A DNA stretch of 61,605 nt from Patescibacteria group bacterium. Its GTDB lineage: Bacteria > Patescibacteriota > Gracilibacteria > JAHISY01. A model generated the notes under the pieces. It was not told where the DNA came from. It saw only the letters and a list, made by a program, of their open reading frames with translations, and made no database searches. Location: NCBI GenBank assembly GCA_043797545.1, contig JAZDPN010000064.1:1-61605 (forward strand), given 5' to 3'. The position numbers and the translations under genes were made by a program. This document shows positions 8,449-17,829 of this stretch, in pieces (within the stretch, counting starts at the first letter, position 1; every line of letters starts with the position of its first letter).

Positions 8449-8661
8449 ATGACTAACTCTAAACCAGAAACTTTCACAGTCGTGACTACTGACGGCCAAT
8501 CTCATGAAGGACAATCCTTAGTAGACGTGGCACGATTTAATCCGGAATTGATCAAAGAAATTCGCGACCAACTCGGAAATATTTTGACTCCTAAACGGTT
8601 GACTGAATTACTTCAAGAAAACCAACCTGCTCTCGCCGCTGCCATTGAAACGTGGAGATAA
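8449..8661 (+). CDS. hypothetical protein (70 aa)
   Basis: ATG-initiated part of ORF 8266..8661. The upstream 61 codons overlap the previous ORF and look non-coding. Confidence 0.45.
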   Translation: MTNSKPETFTVVTTDGQSHEGQSLVDVARFNPELIKEIRDQLGNILTPKRLTELLQENQPALAAAIETWR

Positions 8662-8669
8662 AAGCAATA

Positions 8670-9698
8670 TTACTGCAAAAACTCCGCCTTGTTTTCGTTG
8701 TGCTCAGTCAGCGTCTTGGCGAAATGAATCTGACCTTCCGAATCGTGTAGGTAGTAGTAGAAATCATTCAGCTCCGGGTGCAGCGCAGCCGCAATCGCGC
8801 TCTTGCTCGGCGAGCAAACTGGAGTCGGCGGCAAGTCACGGTATTTGCGCGTGTTGTAAGGCGAGTCGATTGCAAAGTCCTCAGTCGTTAAATTTTTCTT
8901 GTGACCGAGGACATAAAACAAAGTTGAGTCAGCATAGAGTCCCATCCCATTTTCGAGCCGCCGCCAGAGAATATCAGCTACTTTGGGACGATTGGCTTCG
9001 CTCGGCTCTTCCAGCTCGACAATCGAAGCCAGCGTCAAAACCTCGTGCAAAGTTTTGGGAGACTTGGCTGCGTCCCAGTCCAATTCAGCTAAAGTCCGAC
9101 TCATCGCAGCCAGCATTTTTCGAGTTAAATCTTGAACCGAGAAATTACTCGGATCGATTTTGTAAGTCGCCGGGAAAAGATAGCCCTCGAGTGAAGCGAC
9201 TCCCCGCTTGGCTGCGAAGCCTTCTTGGTCGGCGATGCCCGCGCCACCCGACCGGACGAAGTTTTGGAAATCGCCGGATTTGATCAAGCCCAAGCTGACC
9301 AACTTCGCGTCAATCTCTGCCGAATTCCAACCCTCGAGAACAGTCAAAGAAACTTGGGCCGCTTCCCCAGCCTGGAGGATCTGAGCCACAGCCGGGATAG
9401 TCTCACCGCCGCGAAATTGGAAATGACCTGCCTGAATCTTGGCATCCAAATTATTGTCTTTGAGATAATTCAAAAGCGCCCAGTCATCCGCCACCACTCC
9501 GATTGCTTTGAGTCGCGCAGCGACCGCTTTGGGGCTCTCGCCTTTTTCGATTGTGAAATCAATCGAGAGCTGGCTTGGACCGGTTTTTTGCAGGGCAGCC
9601 GGATAATAAACAAATTGGCGGTAGGCGAATACGCCACCCAAACCGACCAAAGCAACCCCGACCAGGATTGGCAAAACTTTTTGAGCCAAGCTTTTCAT
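8670..9698 (-). CDS. mltG: endolytic murein transglycosylase MltG (YceG family)
   Basis: N-terminal TM helix, LysM-like region, and YceG blocks (YLFPATYKI, ASIVELEE, SPYNTRKYRDLPPTPVCSP). Confidence 0.9.
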   Translation of the reverse strand: MKSLAQKVLPILVGVALVGLGGVFAYRQFVYYPAALQKTGPSQLSIDFTIEKGESPKAVAARLKAIGVVADDWALLNYLKDNNLDAKIQAGHFQFRGGETIPAVAQILQAGEAAQVSLTVLEGWNSAEIDAKLVSLGLIKSGDFQNFVRSGGAGIADQEGFAAKRGVASLEGYLFPATYKIDPSNFSVQDLTRKMLAAMSRTLAELDWDAAKSPKTLHEVLTLASIVELEEPSEANRPKVADILWRRLENGMGLYADSTLFYVLGHKKNLTTEDFAIDSPYNTRKYRDLPPTPVCSPSKSAIAAALHPELNDFYYYLHDSEGQIHFAKTLTEHNENKAEFLQ

Positions 9699-9709
9699 TT
9701 GGAGAAAAA

Positions 9710-10033
9710 TTAATTTTGCGCTGGCGCGCCGCCGCTTCCCATCAAACTCTGCATCTCAGCCATTACACCTTTCATCTTTTCAGCCGCAATCTCCTGCGCT
9801 TTTTTAATTCCCTTATTGGCGGCCGAGACAATCGCGGCACCCAATTTTTCCGCATTTTCCGTCGATTTCAGCTCTTCCGGAATCTTGACCGAAATAACTT
9901 CCATTTCGGCATTGACCGTGACGAGCACGCCATCCGTCTCCGCTTCGATGTGAATATTCGCGAGCTCTTTTTTAATTTGCTTCGCTTGCTTCTGCAATTT
10001 GTACATGTCGCGAACCTGACCCAGCATTCCCAT
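9710..10033 (-). CDS. ybaB: nucleoid-associated protein YbaB/EbfC
   Basis: MGMLGQVRDMYKLQKQAKQIKKEL...VTVNAEMEVISVKI is typical of YbaB. Start moved to M32 of the ORF, because the upstream part overlaps the promoter region. Confidence 0.88.
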   Translation of the reverse strand: MGMLGQVRDMYKLQKQAKQIKKELANIHIEAETDGVLVTVNAEMEVISVKIPEELKSTENAEKLGAAIVSAANKGIKKAQEIAAEKMKGVMAEMQSLMGSGGAPAQN

Positions 10034-10056
10034 ATTAAAAAAATTAAAGCGGGACG

Positions 10057-10065
10057 ATTTTAGCA
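10057..10065 (-). promoter_or_regulatory. extended -10 (TGCTAAAAT) for ybaB-mltG
   Basis: Plus strand reads ATTTTAGCA, 23 nt upstream of the ybaB ATG at 10033. Confidence 0.5.
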
Positions 10066-10068
10066 AAT

Positions 10069-10097
10069 TTGCGCCAAGAAAACTTTTCGCGTAAAAT
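10069..10097 (+). promoter_or_regulatory. candidate rpsB promoter (TTGCGC-N17-TAAAAT)
   Basis: Back-to-back with the ybaB promoter. Leaves a ~64-nt 5' UTR before rpsB. Confidence 0.45.
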
Positions 10098-10167
10098 CTC
10101 TTCACTTTTGCGGCGGATCGGGCCACTCCTCCCGAGCTGAAGCCACAAAAAATTTAACCCCAAAAGG

Positions 10168-10878
10168 ATGAATAACTCAGACGACCTACGCCGGCTGCTC
10201 GTGGCCGGACTCCACTTCGGACACAAGACCGCCAAGTGGAATCCCAAAATGAAACCCTATATTTTCGGGGAGAAAAACGGAATTCATATTTTTGATTTAG
10301 AAAAAACAGCGGCCTGCCTCAAGACTGCGATGGATTTTTTGACGAAAACGGCCAGCGAAGGCAAAACGATTTTATTAGTTTCGACCAAACAGCAAACTCT
10401 AGAAAGTCTGCCCGATCTGGCCATCGCGCTGAATTGTCCTTTTGTCACCCAGAAATGGTTTGGCGGACTCTTGACCAACTGGAAAACGACCAAGGAACGT
10501 CTCCGCCAATTGCGCGATCTTAAGAAAGAACGCGACGAAAATAATTTCGCGCGTTTCCTAAAAAAAGAGCGCAACCAAAAAATGAAGCAAATCGAAAAAC
10601 TTGAAAGCTGGCTCTCGGGCATCGAAAAACTGGAAAAAAAGCCTGATGTGCTTTTTGTCCTTGATGCTGTTCGTGACAAAATCGCCCTACGCGAAGCCAA
10701 AAAATGCGGTATTCCGGTCGTCGCCGTTTGCGATTCGAATGCTGATCCGAGCTTAGTCGACTTCCCGATCCCGGCCAATGATGATGCCGTCAAAGCGATC
10801 CAATTGATTTTAAATGAAGTCCACGAAGCGATCGAACGCGGCCAAAAGAGTCCGGCCGAGAAAAAATCGGAAAAATAA
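10168..10878 (+). CDS. rpsB: 30S ribosomal protein S2
   Basis: LLVAGLHFGHKTAKWNPKMKPYIFGEKNGIHIFDL is a typical S2. Confidence 0.95.
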   Translation: MNNSDDLRRLLVAGLHFGHKTAKWNPKMKPYIFGEKNGIHIFDLEKTAACLKTAMDFLTKTASEGKTILLVSTKQQTLESLPDLAIALNCPFVTQKWFGGLLTNWKTTKERLRQLRDLKKERDENNFARFLKKERNQKMKQIEKLESWLSGIEKLEKKPDVLFVLDAVRDKIALREAKKCGIPVVAVCDSNADPSLVDFPIPANDDAVKAIQLILNEVHEAIERGQKSPAEKKSEK

Positions 10879-10911
10879 TTTAGAATTTCCTCAAAATTAA
10901 TCTTTTGAGCA

Positions 10912-11922
10912 ATGAACGATCCCACCCCAAATCCGACCAGCCCGACTCCCCCGGCTGGCGATCCCAATCCGATTCAGCCAGCTCAGCCTAAGCCGCCAAA
11001 GCTTGATCTCGAGCATGAGCTAGCCACCGCCCCGACTCCGGTTGAGATTCCGGCTGCCCCGACTAGACCAGTCGAACCAGTCCAAGCTCAACCGATTCAG
11101 CCAACCGAACCGGTCAAGCCGCTTGAATCAACACCAATTCAACCGACCGAGCCAGCCAAACCGGCTCAATCGGCTCAAGTAAACCCCGTACCTGCTCAAC
11201 CGACTCCAGCGACCCAGCCTCAGCAACCACCCCAGGCTCAACCAGCAGCCCCAAATAATCCGATTGAGCGAATTATTAATAATCCGATCGGAACAGCCGA
11301 GCAGGTCGCTATCAACCCGGTCGGAGCGACAGCCGAGATTATCATGGGTGCACCGGCCAAACCCGGGGACAAACCTGAGCGGCCTGAAACCGAACTGGCA
11401 AACAAAGCCGCCGCTGGATTAGCCACAATGCTCAAAAATTCCCAGCAAAATCAAAGTGCTGGCCCGAATTACCAAACTGGCTTCCGACCGGACGGCAGCA
11501 CTCCTCTCGATGCCGAGGAAAAGATTTTCGCGGCGGTCGGCTATATTTCCTTTCTTTGCTTCCTGCCGTTACTGGCCCGGCGCGACTCGGAATTTGCTCA
11601 GCATCACGCCCGCCAAGCTGTCGTGGTTTTCGTGATTTTTATGTTTATCTGGGTCGTCGGCAAAATTTTCGGTCTGTCCGGCTTCGTCGGCTTTCTACAA
11701 ATTTTGGAATTCATTGCTGGTTTCGCCCTGGCTTACAAAGGTGATTGGTTCAAGATTCCGATTATTTACGATCTCTCACTCAATCTGAAAGTCGAACCAG
11801 CTGCGAACACCAATCCACCCGCGACACCAGGCAACCCTGCTAATCCAGCTGGGACAGGTCCAACGACTGGTAAATTTGATGAGCTGAATGACGACGATGG
11901 CAATGACGATGGCGACGACTAG
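10912..11922 (+). CDS. Pro-rich membrane protein with DUF4870-like C-terminal domain
   Basis: The first ~115 aa are P/Q/A-rich with PIQPTEP(V/A)KP repeats. The C-terminal part (AAVGYISFLCFLPLLARRDSEFAQHHARQAVVVFVIF...) resembles the DUF4870 membrane domain. Acidic tail. Confidence 0.7.
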   Translation: MNDPTPNPTSPTPPAGDPNPIQPAQPKPPKLDLEHELATAPTPVEIPAAPTRPVEPVQAQPIQPTEPVKPLESTPIQPTEPAKPAQSAQVNPVPAQPTPATQPQQPPQAQPAAPNNPIERIINNPIGTAEQVAINPVGATAEIIMGAPAKPGDKPERPETELANKAAAGLATMLKNSQQNQSAGPNYQTGFRPDGSTPLDAEEKIFAAVGYISFLCFLPLLARRDSEFAQHHARQAVVVFVIFMFIWVVGKIFGLSGFVGFLQILEFIAGFALAYKGDWFKIPIIYDLSLNLKVEPAANTNPPATPGNPANPAGTGPTTGKFDELNDDDGNDDGDD

Positions 11923-11968
11923 CATCGGATTTGCTTGTTTTTGATTTTAATTTTTAACCTTTTTCAAA

Positions 11969-12745
11969 ATGCCCCCAATCACTGCTGCCCTGGTCAAAGA
12001 ATTACGCGATGCCACTGGCATCTCGATGCTGAAATGTAAAAAAGCGCTTGAAGAGGCCGCTGGTGATCTCGAAAAAGCGCGTGAAGTTTTACGCAAAGCG
12101 GGCGAAGCTGATGCTGCGAAACGTTCCGAGCGCAAAGCGGGTGAAGGCGTGATCGCACTCAAAATCGCGACTAATGGTAAAAAAGGCATCGTCTTGCAAC
12201 TCTTCTGTGAGACCGATTTTGTCGCGGTAAATGAAGGTTTTAGCTGTCTGGCCGACGATCTCGCCAGCGAGGCACTCGAGGGCGTCGATATCATAAATGC
12301 GAGTGAGACAAAAATCCGTGAGGCGATCCAAAAAAACGGTGAGAATATCAAGATTGGTGAAGTGAAAATTTTAGAAGGCGAGACAATCGCGGGCTACCTG
12401 CATTCCAATAAAAAAATCGGCGTGCTCGTCGCTGGCAGCGGCGCCGCGGAAGTTTTGTCCGACATAGCGATGCAGATCGCTGCGATGAAGCCAGCCGTGA
12501 TTTCACCGGAGCAAGTTTCTGCCGATGAGATCGCCAAAGAAACCGAGATCCAGAAAGAAATCCTCGCCAAAGAAGGCAAGCCAGCCGCAATGCTGGATAA
12601 GATTTTGGAAGGTAAATTAAGGAAATTCCGCGAAGACAAAAGCCTCTTGAAACAAGCTTTTGTCAAGGACTCGTCTCAGACCGTCGAGCAATTTTTGGCA
12701 GCCAAGTCCGCCAAGGTTGAGCAATTCATCCGGCTCGCGATCTGA
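11969..12745 (+). CDS. tsf: elongation factor Ts
   Basis: ITAALVKELRDATGISMLKCKKALEEAAGDLEKAREVLRKAG is the UBA-like N-terminus, with the EF-Ts core following. Confidence 0.93.
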   Translation: MPPITAALVKELRDATGISMLKCKKALEEAAGDLEKAREVLRKAGEADAAKRSERKAGEGVIALKIATNGKKGIVLQLFCETDFVAVNEGFSCLADDLASEALEGVDIINASETKIREAIQKNGENIKIGEVKILEGETIAGYLHSNKKIGVLVAGSGAAEVLSDIAMQIAAMKPAVISPEQVSADEIAKETEIQKEILAKEGKPAAMLDKILEGKLRKFREDKSLLKQAFVKDSSQTVEQFLAAKSAKVEQFIRLAI

Positions 12746-12763
12746 AGAGGGATTGTAAAGATT

Positions 12764-12820
12764 ATAAGGAGCGATAAGGATGCTTATAGGAAATGTTTTT
12801 CTTACTCCTTAACTCCTTAT
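12764..12820. terminator. SD-like/anti-SD-like hairpin between convergent tsf and aroD (possible bidirectional terminator)
   Basis: ATAAGGAG..AAGGA pairs with TCCTT..CTCCTTAT (8+5 bp, ~25-nt loop). Built from the heptad repeat family in both orientations. No clean U-tract. Confidence 0.4.
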
Positions 12821-12830
12821 TTCTTAATCC

Positions 12831-13517
12831 TTATTCAAATACTTTCCACCACTCGCGCAATTCAGCAACAGTCAACTGCCCCGGCGCAGTCGCGTTTTTT
12901 TTGTCGAGCGGCGCGAACATACCAAGTCCGCCGATCAGCGGCGTAATCACGCGCGTCGGCTCGCCCGGCTCGCCCATCGCCATCGTGAGAAAACCTTTTT
13001 TCTTTTTCGCGAGCTCCCACGAGATTTGGAAAATCGGCGAGCAGTCGTCAAAAGTTTTCGCGGTCGCAACAATTTTCACAACTTCGGCTTTTAATTTCGC
13101 AGCTTTTTCCGCGATTTGGCGCAGTTTTTCGATCTTCGGCATTTTGGCGAAATCGTGAAACGAGAGAATCAATTTCGCGCCGGCGGAATTTTTTTGGAAT
13201 TGGCGAATCAGTGCGACGGGCGTGTCGAGCGCGAGATCGACGAAACTCGCACCGGATCGCGCCGCGCTCGTCAAAAGTTCGACACGTTTTTTGTCGCCGA
13301 AACGACAAACGCCGTTTTCTTTTTTTGTTTTCAAATTGACGATCACGGGTTTTTTCGCCGCCTGGAGAATTTTTTGAATTTTAGATTCGTCCAAACTTTT
13401 TACTTTGTCGAGCCAAACTTCGATCAAATCCGCCTGATCCTGCGAGTCGAGAATTTGGCGCTCGAAATCCGCGACCGAAATCGGCCGCAACGGAACGATA
13501 ATTTTGGGATTCAACAT
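12831..13517 (-). CDS. aroD: type I 3-dehydroquinate dehydratase
   Basis: 228 aa with the AroD type-I pattern (DLIEVWLD, ILSFHDF, KIVATAKTFDD, MAMGEPG). Confidence 0.88.
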   Translation of the reverse strand: MLNPKIIVPLRPISVADFERQILDSQDQADLIEVWLDKVKSLDESKIQKILQAAKKPVIVNLKTKKENGVCRFGDKKRVELLTSAARSGASFVDLALDTPVALIRQFQKNSAGAKLILSFHDFAKMPKIEKLRQIAEKAAKLKAEVVKIVATAKTFDDCSPIFQISWELAKKKKGFLTMAMGEPGEPTRVITPLIGGLGMFAPLDKKNATAPGQLTVAELREWWKVFE

Positions 13518-14713
13518 TTGCGAATCAAGGTGAATTGAGGCAAATCGTGATTAATTTCGAGCCAAACTTTGGCTTTTTGACCGCCGTGTGCCGCGGAAAT
13601 TTCAGTGAATTTTTCGTCGAAAATTTTACTGATTTCCAATTTTTTTAGCGAGTCGTACGGCGGGACAGCTTCGATTTTATCACCTTTCTGAAGCCGATTT
13701 TTCGGCGTGAGTAAAATTTTTCCGCGGGAACTTTTTTCGACCAGCCCGAGAAAATTTTGCGGATTTTCACTCCCCGACCGTTCGAAATTTTGGAGATTTT
13801 GGAGCGAACCGTCGAAAAATCCGAGCGTGAAATCACGATTGCCAGTCGTCAGAATTTCGTGCCACAAATTTCGGTCGAACTTTTTTCCCGCAGCGAAATC
13901 ATCGAGCGCTTGTCGATACGCGCGAACGATCGTCGCGAGATAGCCGAGCGATTTATTGCGACCTTCGATTTTGAACGAACAAATCCCCGCGCGCGTGAGC
14001 TGCGGAATTTTTTCGAGCAAACAGAGGTCGCGCGAATTCAAAATATAACTGCCTGCGGAATCTTCTTCGAGTGGAAAAAATTCGCCCGGGCGTTTTTCCT
14101 CGACGAGGGAATACGACCAGCGACACGGTTGCGCGCACTGCCCGCGATTCGCGTCGCGTTCAGTCAAAAAATTCGAGAGCAGACAACGCCCGGAGTACGA
14201 CATGCAAATCGCGCCGTGGACAAAAACTTCGAATTCCATTTTCGGATTCGCCGCGACGATTTTTTTAATTTCCGCGAAGGAAAGTTCCCGCGCGAGAATC
14301 ACCCGCGACACGCCGAGCTTTTTCCACTCCCCGACCGTCAGCGAATTGACGGAATTCGCCTGCACGGAAAGATGTTTCGCGACTTTCGGAAAAAATTTCC
14401 GCAGAACGGCGAGCACACCGAGGTCGGAAAAAATGAACGCGTCGGGCGGAGTTTTTTTCAATTTCGCGAGAAAATTCTCCAATTTTTTGAACTCATGATC
14501 GCGCGGAAAAGTGTTCGTCGTGAGGTAAATTTTCTTTTTCGCAGCACGACAAATCGCGATCGCTTTTTGGATCTGTGGAACGCCGAATTTGTTTTCACCG
14601 ACGCGCAGCGAAAAATCAGGTGTGCCGAGATACACCGCGTCCGCACCGAAGGCGAGCGCGACGCGCAATTTTTCGAGATCGCCCGCGGGCGCGAGCAGTT
14701 CGGGCAATTTCAT
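13511..14713 (-). CDS. peptidase U32 family protein
   Basis: MKLPELLAPAGDLEKLRVALAFGADAVYLG is a typical U32 N-terminus and the Cys-containing core is present. Overlaps the aroD start by 7 nt. Confidence 0.88.
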   Translation of the reverse strand: MKLPELLAPAGDLEKLRVALAFGADAVYLGTPDFSLRVGENKFGVPQIQKAIAICRAAKKKIYLTTNTFPRDHEFKKLENFLAKLKKTPPDAFIFSDLGVLAVLRKFFPKVAKHLSVQANSVNSLTVGEWKKLGVSRVILARELSFAEIKKIVAANPKMEFEVFVHGAICMSYSGRCLLSNFLTERDANRGQCAQPCRWSYSLVEEKRPGEFFPLEEDSAGSYILNSRDLCLLEKIPQLTRAGICSFKIEGRNKSLGYLATIVRAYRQALDDFAAGKKFDRNLWHEILTTGNRDFTLGFFDGSLQNLQNFERSGSENPQNFLGLVEKSSRGKILLTPKNRLQKGDKIEAVPPYDSLKKLEISKIFDEKFTEISAAHGGQKAKVWLEINHDLPQFTLIRKC

Positions 14714-14720
14714 TTCAGAG

Positions 14721-14729
14721 ATTTTACAA
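14721..14729 (-). promoter_or_regulatory. -10 element (TTGTAAAAT) 7 nt before the U32 ATG (leaderless geometry)
   Basis: Plus strand reads ATTTTACAA, followed by 7 nt and the CAT at 14711-14713. Confidence 0.45.
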
Positions 14730-14732
14730 GAT

Positions 14733-14760
14733 TTGACAAAAATATTTTTAATATTAAAAT
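14733..14760 (+). promoter_or_regulatory. promoter TTGACA-N16-TAAAAT, 6 nt before the ATG at 14767 (leaderless geometry)
   Basis: Consensus hexamers. The start codon sits at the expected transcription start. Confidence 0.55.
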
Positions 14761-14766
14761 AAATAA

Positions 14767-15363
14767 ATGCAAGATGGTTTGACTACAATCTCGCCAGAAT
14801 GCGGTGGAGGACTAGTTTTGCGTGAACGCGGTCTTTTGCGGCGACTTATTGTTGAAAACTTGCTTCTCCGTAGCTCGCATGCAGGCCAACTTCCACCAAA
14901 TATCAGTGAGGTGGGAATCAAAGGTCTACCATGTCAAATTTTCCGTAGCGGACGCGTGCAAATGGAGCATATATCCGGACTTCAAAACTTGGGTGTAAAA
15001 AGAGTTGTCTCCTTTTATAAACAAGAAAACCCTGCGGCTGATAAACTTCAAAAAAAATTACAATCGGCAGGTATCGAAAGTGAAATAGTCTTTCGTCCAG
15101 CTGAACTGATGGACGCAGATCTAGTACGTCAAATTATAAATACCGTTTTGAGCGATTCAAGAACAAAATTGATAAACTGCCACGCTGGATCTAATCGAAC
15201 CGGGATAATTATTGCAGCAATTCGTAGAATTTACGGGGAGAACTACCAACAAATTTTTCGCGACCTGTGGCTGCACGGCCATATTCCGTTTCCAAAATTC
15301 CGGCATTTTTACCGCGAAATTTTGCCGCAATTTGGAACGCAATCGAGTAAAATCGCGGGGTGA
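14767..15363 (+). CDS. protein tyrosine/dual-specificity phosphatase-like protein
   Basis: CX5R active-site signature INCHAGSNRTGIIIA. AT-richer than its neighbours. The stop overlaps the dus start (GTGA). Confidence 0.7.
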   Translation: MQDGLTTISPECGGGLVLRERGLLRRLIVENLLLRSSHAGQLPPNISEVGIKGLPCQIFRSGRVQMEHISGLQNLGVKRVVSFYKQENPAADKLQKKLQSAGIESEIVFRPAELMDADLVRQIINTVLSDSRTKLINCHAGSNRTGIIIAAIRRIYGENYQQIFRDLWLHGHIPFPKFRHFYREILPQFGTQSSKIAG

Positions 15364-16307
15364 ATTTTTGGCAAAAGACCGCTCGTCCGGTTCTCGCGCT
15401 CGCGCCGATGGCCGGCTACACCGACTCCGCGTTTCGGCAGCTCATTCGCAGCTTTTCGAGAAAAGTAATTTTGTGGAGTGAATTCGTTTCGGCCGACGCG
15501 CTCAAATTCGATTCGAAAAAGTCGAAAGAGATGCTCGCATTCGCGCGAAACGAGCAGCCTTTCGTCGCACAAATTTTCGGGAAACGCGTCGAGAATTTCG
15601 TCGAAGCCGCGAAATTCGTCGAGTCGATCGGCGCGGTCGGCGTCGATTTGAATTTCGGTTGTCCGGCGAAAAAAGTCGTGAATTCCGATCACGGCTCGGC
15701 GCTGCTGAAAAATCCGCAACTCGCGAGCGAAATAATTTCAGCGGTAGCGAATTCGGTCAAAATCCCGACGAGCGTAAAAATGCGACTTGGCATTTCGGAC
15801 GACAAAAATCTCGAAAGTTTCGCAAAAATGGTCGAAAATTCCGGCGCACAACTTTTGACAATTCACGGGCGGACAGCGAAACAAATGTACCACGGCGAAG
15901 CTGATTTCGCGCCGATTTACCGCGTAAAAAAACTTGTGAAAATTCCGGTGCTCGGCAACGGCGACATCGACTCCGCGGACAAATTTTTCGCAAAATTGGG
16001 CAATCTCGACGGGCTGATGATCGGTCGCGCGGCGGTCCAAAATCCGTGGATTTTTCGCGAAATCGAAAATCGACTCGCGGGCAAAACTTCGAAAACGCCG
16101 CGCACTTTGCGAGCAAAAATTCCGACGATTTTGCGACACGCGCGATTGCTCGTCGCGACGAAAGGCGAAAAACGCGGGATGCTCGAGATGCGAAAATTTT
16201 CGGCCAATTATGTTCGCGGCGAACCGAATGCGAAAAAACTGCGCGCTAGCCTAGTCCGAGTTGAGAAACTGGCTGAACTGAAAAAAATCCTAATTCGGGC
16301 CGTTTAA
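15360..16307 (+). CDS. dus: tRNA-dihydrouridine synthase
   Basis: LAPMAGYTDSAFRQLI, LNFGCPAKKV and catalytic Cys context. TIM-barrel Dus layout. Confidence 0.92.
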   Translation: MNFWQKTARPVLALAPMAGYTDSAFRQLIRSFSRKVILWSEFVSADALKFDSKKSKEMLAFARNEQPFVAQIFGKRVENFVEAAKFVESIGAVGVDLNFGCPAKKVVNSDHGSALLKNPQLASEIISAVANSVKIPTSVKMRLGISDDKNLESFAKMVENSGAQLLTIHGRTAKQMYHGEADFAPIYRVKKLVKIPVLGNGDIDSADKFFAKLGNLDGLMIGRAAVQNPWIFREIENRLAGKTSKTPRTLRAKIPTILRHARLLVATKGEKRGMLEMRKFSANYVRGEPNAKKLRASLVRVEKLAELKKILIRAV

Positions 16308-17362
16308 TTGTCGTCGTGGCGTAAAAACGGCTCGATATGAGCCTCATCGACCAAACCGCGCGCGATCAAATCCTGAGAGAAGCGGCGCATGCTAATCATG
16401 CCCTGATTGGAAGAAGTCGTAATTGTGTTGTCGAGCTGCGGCGTATCGCCTTTGCGAATCGCATTGCGAATCGCGGCAGTCGTGATCATCAATTCAAAAA
16501 CGGCAATCCGCCCGCCACCCTTCTTGGGAACCAACCTCTGACTCAAGATCGCAATCAAGGAATCAGCCAGGCGTGCCAAGACCGCATCGCGCTGATCAAG
16601 CGGATAAGCCTGCATTAAGCGATTCACGGTCTGGGAAGCTGAATTCGTGTGTAAAGTCGAGAAAACGAGATGGCCCGTCTCGCACAAATTCAAAGCAGCC
16701 GTAATCGTATCGCGATCGCGCATTTCGCCGACCATGACAATATCAGGATCTTCGCGCAGAGCGACGCGCAGAGCTGCATCAAACGAACGCGTATCGTAAT
16801 TCAGCTCGCGCTGCGAAAAAATACATTTCTTATTCGTAAAAATGTACTCGATTGGATCTTCAATCGTGATGACATGCTCAATCCGCGTTTCGTTAATTTC
16901 TTCCAGCATCGAACGCAAAGTCGTCGATTTACCGCTACCGGTGGGGCCACACATCAAAATCAAACCTTGTTTACGTCGAATCAAATCATGAATCGCGGCT
17001 GGCACGCCGATCTCTTCCAGGGCCGGTAGGACTTTATCGACTTGGCGCATCACCAGCGCAATCCGGCCGCGACGATAAAAAGCATTGCAGCGAAAATTCG
17101 TACCGTCGGAATGCTGGTAAGAGAAATCAAATTCGCGGTCGACTTTCAGTCTTTCGATTTCCACCTGACCTTTGAGCATTTTGAAAATCACCGCCTCGGC
17201 ACTCGGTTCGTCGAGGATCGGGAGCGACTCGACCAAATGGATTTCGCCGAAAATTCGCAAAGCGGTTTTTTGGTCGGCCCCGAGATGAATATCGGAAGCC
17301 TGCTTGGCGATCGCAAGGTCGAGCAATTTTTGGAGATCGAAGACTGCTGGAGTATCTGTCAT
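16304..17362 (-). CDS. pilT: type IV pilus retraction ATPase PilT
   Basis: 352 aa. Walker A GPTGSGKSTT, Asp box, Walker B DPDIVMVGEMRD, His box FSTLHTNSA. PilT-sized, with no PilB N-terminal extension. Confidence 0.9.
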   Translation of the reverse strand: MTDTPAVFDLQKLLDLAIAKQASDIHLGADQKTALRIFGEIHLVESLPILDEPSAEAVIFKMLKGQVEIERLKVDREFDFSYQHSDGTNFRCNAFYRRGRIALVMRQVDKVLPALEEIGVPAAIHDLIRRKQGLILMCGPTGSGKSTTLRSMLEEINETRIEHVITIEDPIEYIFTNKKCIFSQRELNYDTRSFDAALRVALREDPDIVMVGEMRDRDTITAALNLCETGHLVFSTLHTNSASQTVNRLMQAYPLDQRDAVLARLADSLIAILSQRLVPKKGGGRIAVFELMITTAAIRNAIRKGDTPQLDNTITTSSNQGMISMRRFSQDLIARGLVDEAHIEPFLRHDDN

Positions 17363-17800
17363 TTAGGCTTTTTGATAATCAATCTCGGCCCGGGCCTTTT
17401 CGCGCTCGATGAATCTCTTGCCAACTAGCAAGTCGAAACTCGGCACATCAGCCGCGAGCTGAGTCGCGGTCGGACGATCGAGAATCAGAACTTCCGAATT
17501 GGAAAAAGCGCGCGCCGAAGCATTGCGCGTCTTTTGGCCGAGTGCACCGAGTTCGCCGAAAACGTCGCCCGGTTCGAGAAAAGCGACTTCTTCCGCCATC
17601 CCGTCGGCGATGCGAACAATCTCGACTTCTCCACTTTTGATCACGAAAAGTTGATCGCCGGCTTCACCTTCATGGAAAATGAATTCCCCCGCCGGAAAGC
17701 TTTTAATTTGAATTTTATCAATCAAAGCGGAATCACGTACTGCATCTAGATCGGCAAAAAGCGATAGTTTTTTAATCGCTGCCAGATTTGTAGGGAGCAT
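17363..17800 (-). CDS. stand-alone cyclic-nucleotide-binding domain protein (145 aa)
   Basis: CAP/PKA-type cNMP-binding fold (FHEGEAGDQLFVIKSGEVEI ... FGELGAL...RNASARA). Its TAA stop abuts the pilT ATG with no spacer. Confidence 0.82.
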   Translation of the reverse strand: MLPTNLAAIKKLSLFADLDAVRDSALIDKIQIKSFPAGEFIFHEGEAGDQLFVIKSGEVEIVRIADGMAEEVAFLEPGDVFGELGALGQKTRNASARAFSNSEVLILDRPTATQLAADVPSFDLLVGKRFIEREKARAEIDYQKA

Positions 17801-17829
17801 CCTTTTGGTTTTAGTTTAAAAACGCTGTT

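Noticed and set aside
8266-8661. 131-aa form of the ORF
   Set aside because: Its first 61 codons overlap ORF 8222..8425 out of frame and contain a TGGTAAAAT promoter-like element. The ATG at 8449 gives a cleaner 70-aa gene.
13757-14782. 341-aa plus-strand ORF
   Set aside because: It lies entirely antisense to the well-supported U32 peptidase gene. Its translation is Arg/Phe/Glu-rich low-complexity sequence with no motif. This is a shadow ORF caused by codon bias that avoids TTA/CTA/TCA in the real frame.
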